Positions 23,600-36,144 of a DNA stretch of 64,000 nt are shown here, piece after piece (the stretch's first letter is position 1; the number at the start of each line of letters is the position of its first letter). Position numbers and translations under genes: made by a program. Source of the stretch: Chara braunii (taxonomy: Eukaryota > Plantae > Charophyceae); NCBI GenBank assembly GCA_003427395.1, contig BFEA01000009.1:7472849-7536848 (forward strand), given 5' to 3'. The notes beneath the pieces are model-generated. The model worked only from the letters and a program-made list of their open reading frames with translations. It was not told the origin of the DNA and ran no database searches.

Positions 23600-25383
23600 C
23601 GGAGTACTTGGAGATGAAGACGGAATCGCGAGCGGGACTCGCGAGGGAAGGGAACCTGATGATGCTGACCGACACAACTCTGCAACGTTTCCTCAGCTAC
23701 TGGTCAGACGCTGTGGCCGTCCTCCATCGCTGCGAACCACTGGTGAACACTGGGGAAGGGAGCGAGATCGTCCAGCGCTGCGTCACCGCCATAGCCAAGG
23801 CTTGCCAGACCACCTCCATAGCCAAGGACAGCACGAAGAGGGAGGCGAGCTTGCTGGCTACCATTCCGACTCACGAGTCGGTGCTGAGCCTACCCCTCAC
23901 CCTTTACGTCAAGATCGTGGAGGCCATGTACGTCGCACGTCTCCCCGCGTCAGCGATCGGCGCCTCGGTGGAGGCATACTGCAGGTTATGGCTGGCCAAC
24001 GGGAGCCTGTCGGCCACCCCGTCGTCTAGTCTGGCCCTCCCCCTCTCTCCGGCTGCCGATCACACCCATACAAAAGCCGGTGGTGGCTCGATTGCCCCCG
24101 GCGCTGATATCGCCGCCGACAGCACGTCGACGGCATTTGACGCTTCGGACTGCGAATGGCTAGCCGCTGTGACCGAGTCTGCTTCTTCGTCCGACGGCCC
24201 TCTCGAGTGTGTCCTTTACGGAGAGAGGGAAAGCCAACTTGAAGGAGGGTCATGCATGCCGGTCTCTCGTCTGCCACGGCAGGAGGTCCTGCGATACCGC
24301 GAGATTGTGGAGGCCTTGACCGACCTGCTGCCTGAGGACAAGCGCGCTGTTCGCGTTTCCACCCTGCTTAAGCTGCTGAGGTGCTCTGTTCTGTTCGATG
24401 CAAGCAGCGATGTCCGGCAAAGGCTGGAACGGATGGCCGGCGCACGGCTGGACGATATGGATATCGAGGATCTGAATCTCATTGGCACGGATGTCGAGGA
24501 GTTTCTGGCGTTGATCCGCGCTTTCAATGCGGCCGCCGAGGAGGATCTCGCGCTTGATGACCACAGCTATGGCGGCAATGACCTGTCGGGTACTAACAGC
24601 TGTGGCGCTGCTGGTGATCGTGCGTCGGTGAAGAAGGTTGCGGCATTGATAGACGACTACCTTCTTCGCGCAGTTAACAATGGAAGCTGGCACAATGACA
24701 GCGAAATGCTGACGGGGGGAGGTGGTAGGGGTGGTCGCCCACTCAGTGCAGAGCAGTTCATGGCCCTGGCTGAGTCCGTTCCGCCCGAGATGAGGGTTAG
24801 TCATGACGATCTGTTCAAAGCTGTGATGACATGGGCGTCCGGGCCGGACCACTTCCTCTCCGCCGCGGAGAGGAGGGACGCTCTCCCTCACTTGTGTAAT
24901 TTGATAGATCCGTCACTGCTCTCCCAGGCGGTAGCAGAGCGCGCCGCCACAATGTGGGACTCGCTTCCTCTTCCCTTCATTGTGCAAATCCTTGCGAGCA
25001 TCAAGGCACACCTCAGAGAGGTGCTTGACAAGCAGCTGACAGAGTTCCGCAAGGTGGAGACCGAGTTTCATCACGCCATGGAGGAGAAGAAGGGGATGGA
25101 GGCGGACCTTGCCGGGCTCCGGTTAAAACGCATGGCTTCGGACGACACACTGGCCGGCATGAAGAGGGCCATGGAAGAAGAGGCCAGAGAGATGGAGCAT
25201 AGCGTCCGGGAGCTGGAAGGGCAAATCGAGGAGATGCAGAACAGGATAAGAAGGTTGCATCAGGAGAACGAAGAGTTCCGTACGGAGAAGGTACGGCGGA
25301 GTTCCAGCTCCCTCTTCGCCTGCCTCAGGCCAACGGCCAATGACCACGGCAGGGGGGGAGCCAATGCCAGCAACGGACGATGA
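23600..25383 (+). CDS. BTB/POZ-NPH3 (NRL family) protein, coding exon 2 (NPH3 domain plus coiled coil); spliced product ~774 aa
   Basis: Acceptor CATCAG|CG after a pyrimidine tract restores LRCAAEYLEM. Motifs EGNL, IVQRC, LLKLLR, LERMAGARLD, VAALIDDYL, FMALAESVP, SHDDLFKAV, LPLPFIVQIL; open frame to TGA at 25383. Confidence 0.92.
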
Positions 25384-28376
25384 ACGGGAGTGTGAGGCTA
25401 ACGGCCAATGACCACGGCAAGGGGCAGGGCGGGGGGGGGGCAATGCCAGCAACGGGTTTGAACGAAGGGGGGGGTATACCACAGGCGACGAAAGAGGGGG
25501 TGTGAAACTCATGGCAGTGAAAGGAGAGAGAGCGAGGAGGAGGAGACACTGGACAATTCTAAACGCGGAAAGATGAGATCCATAATGGATTCCGAATCTT
25601 GACCTTTTTCGCAATCAGGGTCATGGAACGGGTACTAGTGGCCTTTTGGGTTTAATGTCAGACTTGTCACTGTTGTCAGTCACCCCATGTAGCAGGGCTA
25701 AGGGAGGGTACCAAACGATAAGTGAGTTCAACTGAGTTGACGGTACGAAATTGTCCCTTGAAGCATCATTAGAAAGTTCGGAAATAAGCCCACGGTGACC
25801 CCATCTGGTTGAATAAATGGCACACACATGTAACTAACTGCACGCCGTCACGGTGCACGGTGACCCTCCTCAGAGGTCACGTGAGGTGGGACCGTGGGAG
25901 TTATGCAGTGTGGCTTGGAGTTAGTATGCAGTGCTCAATAGCGCCCTCCTCAGAAGTTCATGACGCTTGAGTTTCCCTACCGGTTTGAGAGGAATTTCAA
26001 GAAATTGGCAGGGTCTAGGGGAAGAAAGACTGGAAAGTTTATATGCAGTTTTTTTGCGGGGGAGGGCCCGAAGCCGGTGGGGGGGGGGGGGGGGGGGGGG
26101 GAAGGGGTTTGGAGGGAGGGGGAGTGAGGGTAAGCGCTGTCTATGATCAAGATGGCCTCCACAATTGGCTATTTTGACTTTATGTTTGTAACGTCGTTAT
26201 TATTCTATTTGATTTGATAATCCTTTTCGCAATTATTATTCTATTTGATAATCCTTTCCACGACTATGGTTGCGATTTTGTTGTTGTTATGGTTTTTAAG
26301 TCTCTCCACGGCTTTGCGATTTTGTTGTTGTTATGTTGTAAGTCTCTCCTCTCCATGGCTATGTTCTTATTTCGTTTCCCCACCAGTTTGTTGAGCTAGC
26401 CTGCCAATACGATGAGATAGGGCAGAATATCATTGTGCAGATTCTGCAGTGCAGAACTTGGAAACGACCAAATGGGTTGTGTTGGGACACTGACTTAGGC
26501 ATGTGGGAAGGTGATCTGTTTTGGTGTTTATGGGACGGATCCCGGAGTCTTATTGAGGACCTCTTCCTTTCTTTGTGTTGCAGTCTTGCTGCACCATGGA
26601 GACAGGAAATGACATGTGCAGACTGTGAGATTGCAACGCAAAAGTACTTCAAGTTGGTCTTCATTGACTCTTCAAGGAAGGAACATGAGGTGTGTGGGCC
26701 GTGAATGATTCGGAAGAAGCGAGAAATGTGGAGGTGGTCTTCAAATAACGAACATGACATGTGGCCTGGGCTGAGAGCTCTAATGGAGGAGTGAAAAATG
26801 TGGAGGTGGTTGACCACTGCTGGCTCTGCTCAGCTGTATGAGCCCCTAATATATGTGTGCACACGACAAGGCTTTCGCTTAAATCCTTTGGCCTAGTACT
26901 AAATGGTTAGATGTTTTATCTCAGTTATCTGTTCCCATAATATCCTCCCGTGTTGTGTGTATTTGGTAGTACATGAGGTAAGATACTCGAAAATACCACC
27001 AAAAGATGAGAGGAGCGTTCTGCCGAACTGGTCAAGCTTGACACGCTGTGACGCTGTACAGTTGACAATAATATGAGTGCCGTGTTTTGTGCTGCTAGTT
27101 TCAAATCTCTGAGAATCTTGATATCCTCTCTTCTTCCCATGAACAATTTCTCTTCCTTGTTGGTGAGGCGAGCCTTTTGGTGGCCCGTGTACACCGTGAA
27201 CTGGGTGAAGGAGCAAAGAAATCTGAGTATGGCTGGGTCACCCACTGGGTGCAGTGGGTGGGGCAGCCCCAAACCCCAAGTTCTATCGGTGAACATTGAA
27301 AAGTTTAAGGAAAGTTTCTTACTTCTTGACCTGAATCGGTCTCCAGGGATTCTCCACAATTAGAGAACTAACCTGAGCGCATGTCTAACTCCACAACGGT
27401 TGCAGCAAATTGCAGTTCAAGATGCTCAATAGAGTATAGTAGTGCAGTCTTGCTGTGTTTGTCGACCTGTTCCCATGCTACACACTACCCTCAGAATATG
27501 AATGTGGGTTACACCTTGCAGCCACTGGCAGGACATCCTCACGATGACATTTATTGTGTGTCTCTATCTAGCGCACCGATCTATATGAGTCCTAGCTTGA
27601 GAAGCCCTTCCTTGCCATACATATTTGGCATATTATTCGATTTCAATAGACGTGGACTTCTCTTACCCAACCAATCATTAATGACCACTGCCACTAAATT
27701 AGGTGGCATTTTGTCTGTGGCACTAACATGGGGTCAAGAACCTGGTGTGGACGAGACGGAGTCTGATAGATCAAATAAAACTGAATGTTCACAGCAAATG
27801 TGGTCATGGATCTCAGGCCCCATCTGGATGTTGTGGTCTGACTGTAGCTTCAATCCTCGTGCTGAGGCCAGTGCGGTGCATGGCACTGCACGCACCCATG
27901 CTTGTAAGCACACCCACACGCGTTCGCGCGCGCACACACACACAGAGTGACACACACACACACACACACAAACGTAGTGACATCACTGACATGATAGTGT
28001 CACCCACACATCAATATACATACGCACACACTCTGACACACAAGAACACGGTGCACACATAATGACGAGGAGGTGGAGGAGGAGGAGGAAAAAGAATAGG
28101 AGGGAAAAGAAGAGGAGGAGGAGGATGAAGACAAGGAGTTAAGTGACATGCGTGCACCCTTGCTCCTCTTCCTCTTCTTCTGCTCCTTCATGTGTGTATG
28201 TCTGTGCCGCATGCATGTGTGTGTATGAAGAGTCCAATTTCCATGTACATGTGTGGCTGGATGTCACAGAAGAAGTTACAAGGCAGCAGGTATCAAGCAA
28301 GACAGCTAACTTGCCTAAGAAGTATACCCAATATTACTTGGTAAGATAGGCATACTTTTTTTCATTGTTTTAACTT

Positions 28377-28484
28377 ATTTGGACCATTTCTCGATTTATT
28401 TGTGTCATCTTTGCACAGGGCCCATGCTAATCTTCTCTCTCTGTATCGTTCCAATTTTAACGGATGTCCCGATTCCCGAAGGAT
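28377..28484 (-). pseudogene. U6: U6 snRNA retropseudogene
   Basis: Minus strand ...GGGACATCCGTTAAAATTGGAACGATACAGAGAGAGAAGATTAGCATGGGCCCTGTGCAAAGATGACACAAATAAATCGAGAAATGGTCCAAAT is plant-type U6 with indels; TSD GATAGGCATACTT at 28345-28357 and 28482-28494. Confidence 0.93.
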
Positions 28485-30574
28485 AGGCATACTTAGTCTA
28501 GTGACTCTAGTCAAGTACTACATAAAAGATATTATACCAAAATAATACGAAGTTACAAACCCTGCATGTATATGCACCCTTCCCCATGAGCAATTGTGCG
28601 CACTCATACACAAAGGCTTTAAGCAGAGAAGTAGAAGGAGAACTTCAAGACGAAGACTCTGAGAATGAAGAAGAGAAAAAAGAAGACGGAGAAGAAGAAA
28701 AAAAGAGGAAAGAGAAAAGGAGGAGGAACATGTGCCAAGGTAGCTATGCACTATGGCAAACAAATTAGAGGTTTGCGGGAAGTGGGGGGGGGGGGTCTAC
28801 TCCTATTTTCTTCTCTCAAAATTTTGGACCAGTTCAAATCCTTATTTGTGTGTCATCCTTGGATAGGCTGGCAGGAGCCCCTGAAGTCTTCTCTGTATCG
28901 GTGCAATGTTAGCAGATGTCTTGAAGGACGAGCCTTTCTGTTTAGCTTTGCGCCATACAGTTACTCACAGGGCAATCTATTTATAGTTGCACCACGGGGG
29001 ATTATTCGTAATGCTTTCTATTTATAGATCCATGCCACAAGGGACAACCGATATAATCCTAAAGGTAGAGTTATGTTCTCTCTATGGTTCAGAATCTTCA
29101 GATTGCTTGTAGTAACTGTTTGACAATGGTCAGTTCAGTTTCTTCACTCGTTCCTCTCGCTTTTGCATTCATGTATCAATCTTTTTTTTTCTCCCCCTTT
29201 TTTCTTCTTTTTTTCATGTTACAGTATCAATCATATGTTCACAACACCAAGTTGAACATATGTGCAGGAAGGTCAGTGGTGACCCGAGGTAATATGTGAA
29301 TGAGATTCTAACTCACCAAATACCACCGTCCAGCAATCTCGAGCGATTTCTCCTTCTGCAGGTTCAAATCTTGCAACCTTCCAGATGTAGAGTCCCCGAA
29401 TCGCCATGTCACAACAATCATATATTATGGCAGAGAGAACATGTAGACAGTACTAGACACAGGTAAGTAGACAGATTGACAGATGGACAATTAGACACAG
29501 TAATAGACAGACATAAACTTTAAGACAGATGGCTGGAAGATAATGGGGAAGTGATATGTCATCCTATTGACAGTGTTTGCTCTTTGAAGTACAGAGTCAT
29601 GTAACTTACATGGCCAAATTTAAACTGGATTGATTTCCCCAGCATGGACCTCTTCTGGGACGGTCACCCCTTTCTCTCACCAGATACTTCTCTTCCTTCA
29701 CTCTAATAGCGCTTCAACCCTAGTGGAACTGTCATGACTCGGTATGGGTTCAAAATAGACAGATCAACCAACAGAGATATGGATAGGATCGCTCACTGAC
29801 ACGCTGTCATGTCCAGAAAGCCAGGTTGGGTGAGATAGGCAAGAGTTTTGTCTCCCTCTGAAAACCACTTTTGTGTTTTTTGAACTTGTTTCAGGTTTTC
29901 ATTGTGGATGAAGATCTTGACAAGTACAGCTAGAAAGGGTGGGTTGGGTTGGGAACAAGGGCCGCAGCATATCTATCACAAGAGATGCGGACTCTAGGAG
30001 TCAGAAAGAAATTCAAAGAATACATTTCTTATTGACAAATTGAATGTGAAATTTGAAGAGATGCGGGCATGGATTACCAACACCCTGGCACTAGCTGGCA
30101 GGCCTCAGGCTGCTGCTGCACAGAAAACCTGACAAAGGAGGTTTGAAATAAATCAAGAAATAATTTAGAGGTTAGAGCATAGGTCGGAAATTTGAAAAAA
30201 GTTTTGAAAGAAATCAAGAAATAATTCAAATAAGTAAAAGATCTATGTTCATTCACCAAGTTAAGGCACTTCCAATCTGGATTCGTGTGTTTCATGTCTT
30301 GCCCCGCCTAATGGTAAGGTGTTAACTTAAAGCGGTTGTTACAGTAGTTGAATTCGCATCTAGTAGTTGAATTCGCATCTGTTAACTTAAAGCGGCTGTA
30401 GTTGAATTCGCGTTTCTGCCCAGTGACGCTCGCTGGGAGGGGACTCTCTCAACATTCAAATGTACAGGTGACATAGGTGAGCAGGGAAATTTAGTTTACG
30501 TCTCTACACTCTTCAAAAGATATACTACCATGGCAGTCACGTCTTCATCGTCCTCTATCCAGTATGATTTCTAA

Positions 30575-32810
30575 ACGGAGGAAGATAAGACCCCTGGCAT
30601 CGGCGGCTTCCCCAAGGAGTTCTGGGAGGCTATGTGGGCACCGCTGTCCTATGTATCACCCGCGGCCACGGCCGCGGCGTCAAACTTGGAGGGCGGCCAT
30701 GATCACGGCCGCCTCGGCTCCGGCCGCGGTTGGGTGCGGCTGCGACTTTCAGGCATATCGTTTAGACATAAAACAATTCTCAAAAAAAAAATTAAAAAAA
30801 ATGGAGTTGTAGATCTTTTCGAGATCTAAATTGAGAAATTTTTTATTTTATGCTTTGACTTCGTCTTCGAATTTTAAAAATTCAAAACTAATTTTCCTGA
30901 GGCAAAAGCTGTTTTGTATTTTTTTCTCAAGAAAAAACTATGGAACTTATGTGTTTTTTATTTCACATTCAGTGAAGTTTTTGGATATGACCACAAGGCA
31001 GGGGCAAAGCGAGCGCTAGCGCTAGCGCTCTCGAGCGTTAGCGTTAGCGCTAACTAGCGCTAGCGCCTCTGAATTTTTTATCTGAACGTGCGCCTGGGCT
31101 GTGGGGGATCGCGTCCGTGCAGCTGCGATCAGTGCTGCACGGTGCCAAAACCTAGGGTTGGGGTGGCGGAGGCGGTGAGGGAGAAGAGGTGCGTGGGCGC
31201 AGGGTGGGGGCTGCCTTGAGGAAGCACTGAAATGCTTCTGCCATATCCTGGTCCCGGTCAGTGTATGCTGGCATTCCTGGAGAGACTACGGGAGGAAGGA
31301 GGCGATGTGTGGTGGTCCGAAGGGCGGGATCTGGGCGCCGTACATACCAGTATGTGAAACCTGTCAGGGATTTTGTCCCCTGGCTTTGATACGGAGTCAG
31401 AAGCTGGAGTTTCATGGGGAGATGAGAGACGCGTGTGCATCGACAAGCGCCGGCTTACGGGAGAGCGACACTAGAGCTTGGCTGTGACCGGTATCGCCCA
31501 CCGTCGTCGACAACGGGCTTCAAGCTGTGATCGGCGTCGCTTAGCGTTGCTGTTGCTCCTGCTTTGGGCGTGGTGCAGTTTGCGAATCTTCATCCTTAAT
31601 AGGCTCTTAAGTCTGTGTACAGTAGGAGGGTTAATTAGTTCAATTTGCTGTTTGTTTTGTTGATTGTTGGGCGGAATTCTGTCGGGTTTCTTAGCATCTA
31701 GGGTTGGGGGTGTAGACTTTCGGTTGCCCTACTTATCTATGGTCTAAGTTGGTCTGTGTTTCAGTTGTTAGGGTTAGTGCTGTTAATTTGTGTTAATTAG
31801 GGCGGGATGTTAATTACAGTTATTTAGGGTGTGTTGTTAATCACAGTTTATTGCGGTGCGACGTGCTTTAGTGTTAGGGTTGTTTGTGTTGATTTCTGTC
31901 AATTACGGCGGGATGTTAATTACAGTTAATTAGAGTGTGGTGTTAATCACAGTTAATTAGGGTGCCACGTCGTAGGTTTGCGGGTGCCGCGGTGGGGTTA
32001 ATCCGGGCCGACGAGCCCGGTTCATCCCTGCAGGCCGTGGTTATTGATGTGAGGGACGCTGGACCCGTTTTCCAGCCTGTGATGATATAATATACTGCTT
32101 TTTTNTAAAAAAAAAAAAAAAAAAGTTGTTCAGTATATTTTTCTGCATAACATATTTTGTTTTCAGAATTTTTTGAATTTCTTCTTTTTTTTTTCCATGG
32201 CCCTGGGGTTGCGGCCTAGGCCGCGCATGGCCGCCTCCGGGGGGGATTCATAGCCGCTGTCCTCGGACTTAATGGTCAAAGCCTTAGCTAACAGAATGGT
32301 CCCGGAGATGGAGGGACAATCATCCAAGACAATGTGCGGCTGGTCAATGAGATGATCAAGCTATCCCGCCAGTCCAAGCACAATGCTGTTCTCATCTTCC
32401 AAAACTTCAAACAAGCCTATAAACACGTGGACTGCCTCTTTCTTGACAAATGCCTTGAGAAGCTAAACTTTGGACTGAAGCTTAGAACATGGGTGGACAT
32501 TCTTCATCACAGCGCCACAACGGGGTTACAAATCAACGGTGTTTTCGCCCCTGAGATTAGGCTGCAGCCCTCAGTACGACAGAGGGACCCTTTAGCACCC
32601 TTCCTGTTCCTGATAGTGATGGAGGCAAACGTCACACGGCTCCTAGTGGTAGGCCTTCCCAAGGAGGCAATCCCAATCTGCTCCATGTTCACCGATGACC
32701 TCAAGGTCATAATGGAGGCAACCCTTAACAATATGGAAGAAATCTAGGGTTTCATGGACCGCTTCTCTCATATCTCAAACATGGTGGTCAATTGGCATAG
32801 CAAAACCTAG
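30575..32810 (+). pseudogene. L1-type LINE reverse transcriptase remnant (30575-30648 joined to 32262-32810), split by a hAT-like insertion
   Basis: KTPGIGGFPKEFWEAMWAPLS|SDLMVKALANRM...NFKQAYKHVD...SVRQRDPLAPFLF...MFTDDL...SNMVVNWHSKT matches degenerate KSPGPDG, DFxKAYD, RQGDPLSP and YADD motifs. Confidence 0.85.
30649..32253. mobile_element. Non-autonomous hAT-like DNA transposon
   Basis: 8 bp TSD CCGCTGTC (30641-30648, 32254-32261); TIRs CTATGTATCACC / GGGGATTCATAG; GC-rich GCGGCC subterminal repeats. Confidence 0.8.
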
Positions 32811-33252
32811 GGATGGTGGATACACTCTCAAGGGACTCAAGTCGGCCTGCGGAGCAACCGCATTGTCGTGCGAGGCACAGATCGGAGTACTGGAAGTTGC
32901 TCTCTCAACCCAAGGCAAACCCACCACTAACGGCGATTGAGAATGGACCTCCAAACCCGCCCTGGAAACAACGAATCAATGGAGGGACAGACCGGCCTCC
33001 AGAGCCCTCTCCATTCAATGGCTTACTAGGGGGTCGATCCTCAGCCTGGACCCTCCATGGAGGGAGCTAACCTTATAACAAATCCGATATTTAGCTCCCC
33101 AAACCACACAAATGATAGAACTGCTTACCTGGATTGAGGACCACCTCTGATCACTCTCTTGTGCACACTCCATCCGCGAGACCGAAGGGAGAAAGGGGCG
33201 GTCGGGCAGGATCTGCCCAAGGATGATTTTTGGGTCACCTTGCTAAGAACCT

Positions 33253-35672
33253 TGTGACGAACCAATTTCTGCTCCGTGCGATCTTCTGCGCGATGATAAT
33301 GCGGGGTCCTAAGATGGGAAGGATGGGCAAATTACGGAAGATTGGGCTCGAAGGGAAATTGCATCGGTGTCCTCGCTTCTTCGTCTTTTTGCGTCGTTTC
33401 TTTTCGGATGGTTGGGTTCAGGGTCGGGCAAGTTCCGAGATGGCCGATTGAGTGGCTGTCGCGCCGACAAAGGCGCGATTAAGTTTGACGTCGCTCCTTT
33501 TTTGTTCTGTTGTCGGGTTTTAGGCGCGGAAATCGCGCGGGAAGTTTTGCTTCTTTTTGAATTTCTTTTTTGAATCTTGTCGAGCCCTCGATGGCTCTCG
33601 GAATTTCGGACTTTCTTTTCGGAATTAAGTTATTTTTGCATTAGCTAAGAATTTAGGAATTTAGGATTTTTTTTGCCGCGCGCTGCCTTCTTGCTCGCGG
33701 GCTTCTTTTTGCCGCTGCAACGGAGCTCCGATTAGCCGGCGCCCTTAATCTTGCGCGTAACTGTGATTTTGGGCAGGGCGCCCTTGTAACTGTATTCTTC
33801 TTCTTGAGCTTCGTCTTTCCCGCTTTTTCTCTCCCTTGCTGTGTCTATCTAGCCCGCGGGTTGCATGATCAGATCGATGCGTGGAGAGTGGCTACGTCCC
33901 CCACGCTGCGATCTAACCATGCAGAACGTAGGCACTCCCTCCCCTGATCTGCTTTCTAAGTCCTTGTAATTCCGTGTTCTTCGCGCATGCATGCACGCTA
34001 TAAATTTTGGATGCGCGATTAGATAGCTCTCTTAACCGGTTGTTGGAAGCTCGGGGTAGCGCGATCAGTGAGGGTCGGCTCACGAGCGAGGTAAGAGGTA
34101 AGTTGAAGTGAGATTCGGGCGACTCGACGAGCTGGTGCCGAATGTGCGGGGTTGACGAGTGGGGCTACGACGGACTGTAGCGTGCGGGCGAACCTGATGG
34201 GTGCAGGAGGACTAAGCGGGGTGACGACTTCGTGGGTGGGTGCATGACGACGGACTGTCCGCATCGGAGAGAGAGAGAGAGGAAGAGAGAGTTGAAGGTT
34301 GATGGACGTGGATTAAATTTGCAATTTTCTTTGTCTTGTCTCCCTCTTTGCTTTTGTATATAAGTTTTGATCTCGGCTCAGGGCGATTCGCCCATCTTTT
34401 GTTTTCGGAATCCCTGCCTTGGTTTCAACCCTCATCTGTTTTGTGATTGATCTTGATATCGGTTATTGTGTGTTTTGTCGAATGAATGGATGATTGGATG
34501 AGGTGTTTGTCGTTTTTCCTGTCTGGTCATCATCATTGCGTGCCATTACGATACGTTGTTAGTATTGTAGAAAGTTCTGATGTTGCTGCGATGTCTGTTG
34601 TATAATGACACCTTGCATGCTCGGAAATGATTGCTTGTGGGATCACTGAGTGATTAGATGATTTGGTAGTCGTCCATGACACGTGGCGATTCTGCATGAA
34701 GAATTAAACTCTCCCCTTTTCGGGTACAAGCGAACACCCCGCGGGGATATGTGTAAGCGCGATCTGATCTGCGCAGCCTACACATATCCACGCGGGGCAA
34801 TTCGCGATCATTAACGGACCTGGCACCTCCGGTAGGTGAGGGAAATTTTCCCTCTTCCACGCACCCAAACTAGTAGGAATTTCCGATACCATATCGGGAA
34901 ATCCCCTTGTCAGTTAGATGCGTGCGGAAGGCTTCCACTAGGCCGCAATGGCAAGATGCCGAACTCATGGGACTCAGGGTACTTCGAACCTTGGGTAAGA
35001 GAATATCTTAGGCAGAGACGCCTAGAATTTCCCTGCCTCACCGAGAACCAATTGTGCCCCAGAGAGTTTCGTTGTGCTGTAACCAGCGACCCGAGGTGTC
35101 CCGATTACCCGACTACGTACAACACGCAATACTTCATATCCCCCGGCTTTGTCGTTGTCACTACCAATTTCCCTCCCTTTCGTCTCCTCCTCCCGTATCA
35201 CCAACTTACGGTGGTTTCGTGGAATTCCATCGTCCCGTATTGGCCCCGCACGCCGTGCAGAAACTGCAGACAACGCGGCAACCGCCGAACCCCTGGAACT
35301 ACGGAGCCTAACTATAACGCGCGGCGACAGACGCCACGTGTCTGCCCCCCAAGACTCGACTCATAGGAATCGCAACCCTCACGAACGGGCCTCTCCCGAA
35401 GCTCCGTCACCGGAACAGGCGGATCGGACGGCCCTTGATGCACCACGCATGCCTTAGGCTGCACGACATCGACCGCCATCAGACCGGAGGTAACCCGCCC
35501 TCAGCTCTATTGCATCTATGCCCCTGGACCCCTGCCACAAGAGATCTTAGTTCCGTCCTGGGACTCCACCCCCACTTTCCCAAAAATCCTTGGCACACCC
35601 CTTTTCGCACTTCCAGGCCCACATCCCACTCCGATCAGGAAGTTGCGCCGGGCGTGAGGTTTGGGTGTCACA
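33253..35672 (+). mobile_element. Solo-LTR-like element (2420 bp)
   Basis: Termini TGTGAC...GTCACA, ACCT duplicated on both sides, both ends homologous to the 1-4547 region. Confidence 0.78.
34956..35366 (+). CDS. Uncharacterised 136 aa Cys/Pro-rich protein inside the LTR-like element
   Basis: Open frame from ATG 34956; amino-acid-level homologues at ~3100-3300 (-) and 14463-14554 (-). Confidence 0.6.
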   Translation: MPNSWDSGYFEPWVREYLRQRRLEFPCLTENQLCPREFRCAVTSDPRCPDYPTTYNTQYFISPGFVVVTTNFPPFRLLLPYHQLTVVSWNSIVPYWPRTPCRNCRQRGNRRTPGTTEPNYNARRQTPRVCPPRLDS

Positions 35673-36144
35673 ACCTGATGGCTGCCTCCGCTACCCAACA
35701 AGTCCCCCCTACCCATTTTGAGGAGGTCCTAGTCAGCCTCTCTTCAGCAATCATTGGCTCACGGGTCAACAAGAATGCATACATTGTCAGCGGAGCTCGG
35801 ACCTCCCATAGGCAAACTAGGATAAGCATAAGGTGGTAAGGGTTGGGGATAGCTGGGCGTAGAGTACAAGGGACTGAAAATCAGAGTTGCAACTGCACAG
35901 AAGCCTAAGATATGGCCATCAGATCTTAGACAGCCTGGAACAACTAGTGTATTCAGTCTCATTGGCTTAGGTACTAGTCATACTGAGGAAGGGACCGACG
36001 CTAGCAGAGGTGGACTGGGTCGCGGTGAAGGATGGGACAAGCACCCCCACTATCAGCAATATAGTAGAGGTAAACCCGGGGGATCTTAAGTCAATCTCTT
36101 CCACAGAAATAAAGACAATCTCCTGGTCAGACTGTTCCCACACA

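Noticed and set aside
26899-27359. Fragments resembling retroelement motifs (WGLGLP, FTVYTGHQ)
   Set aside because: Too short and degenerate to assign.
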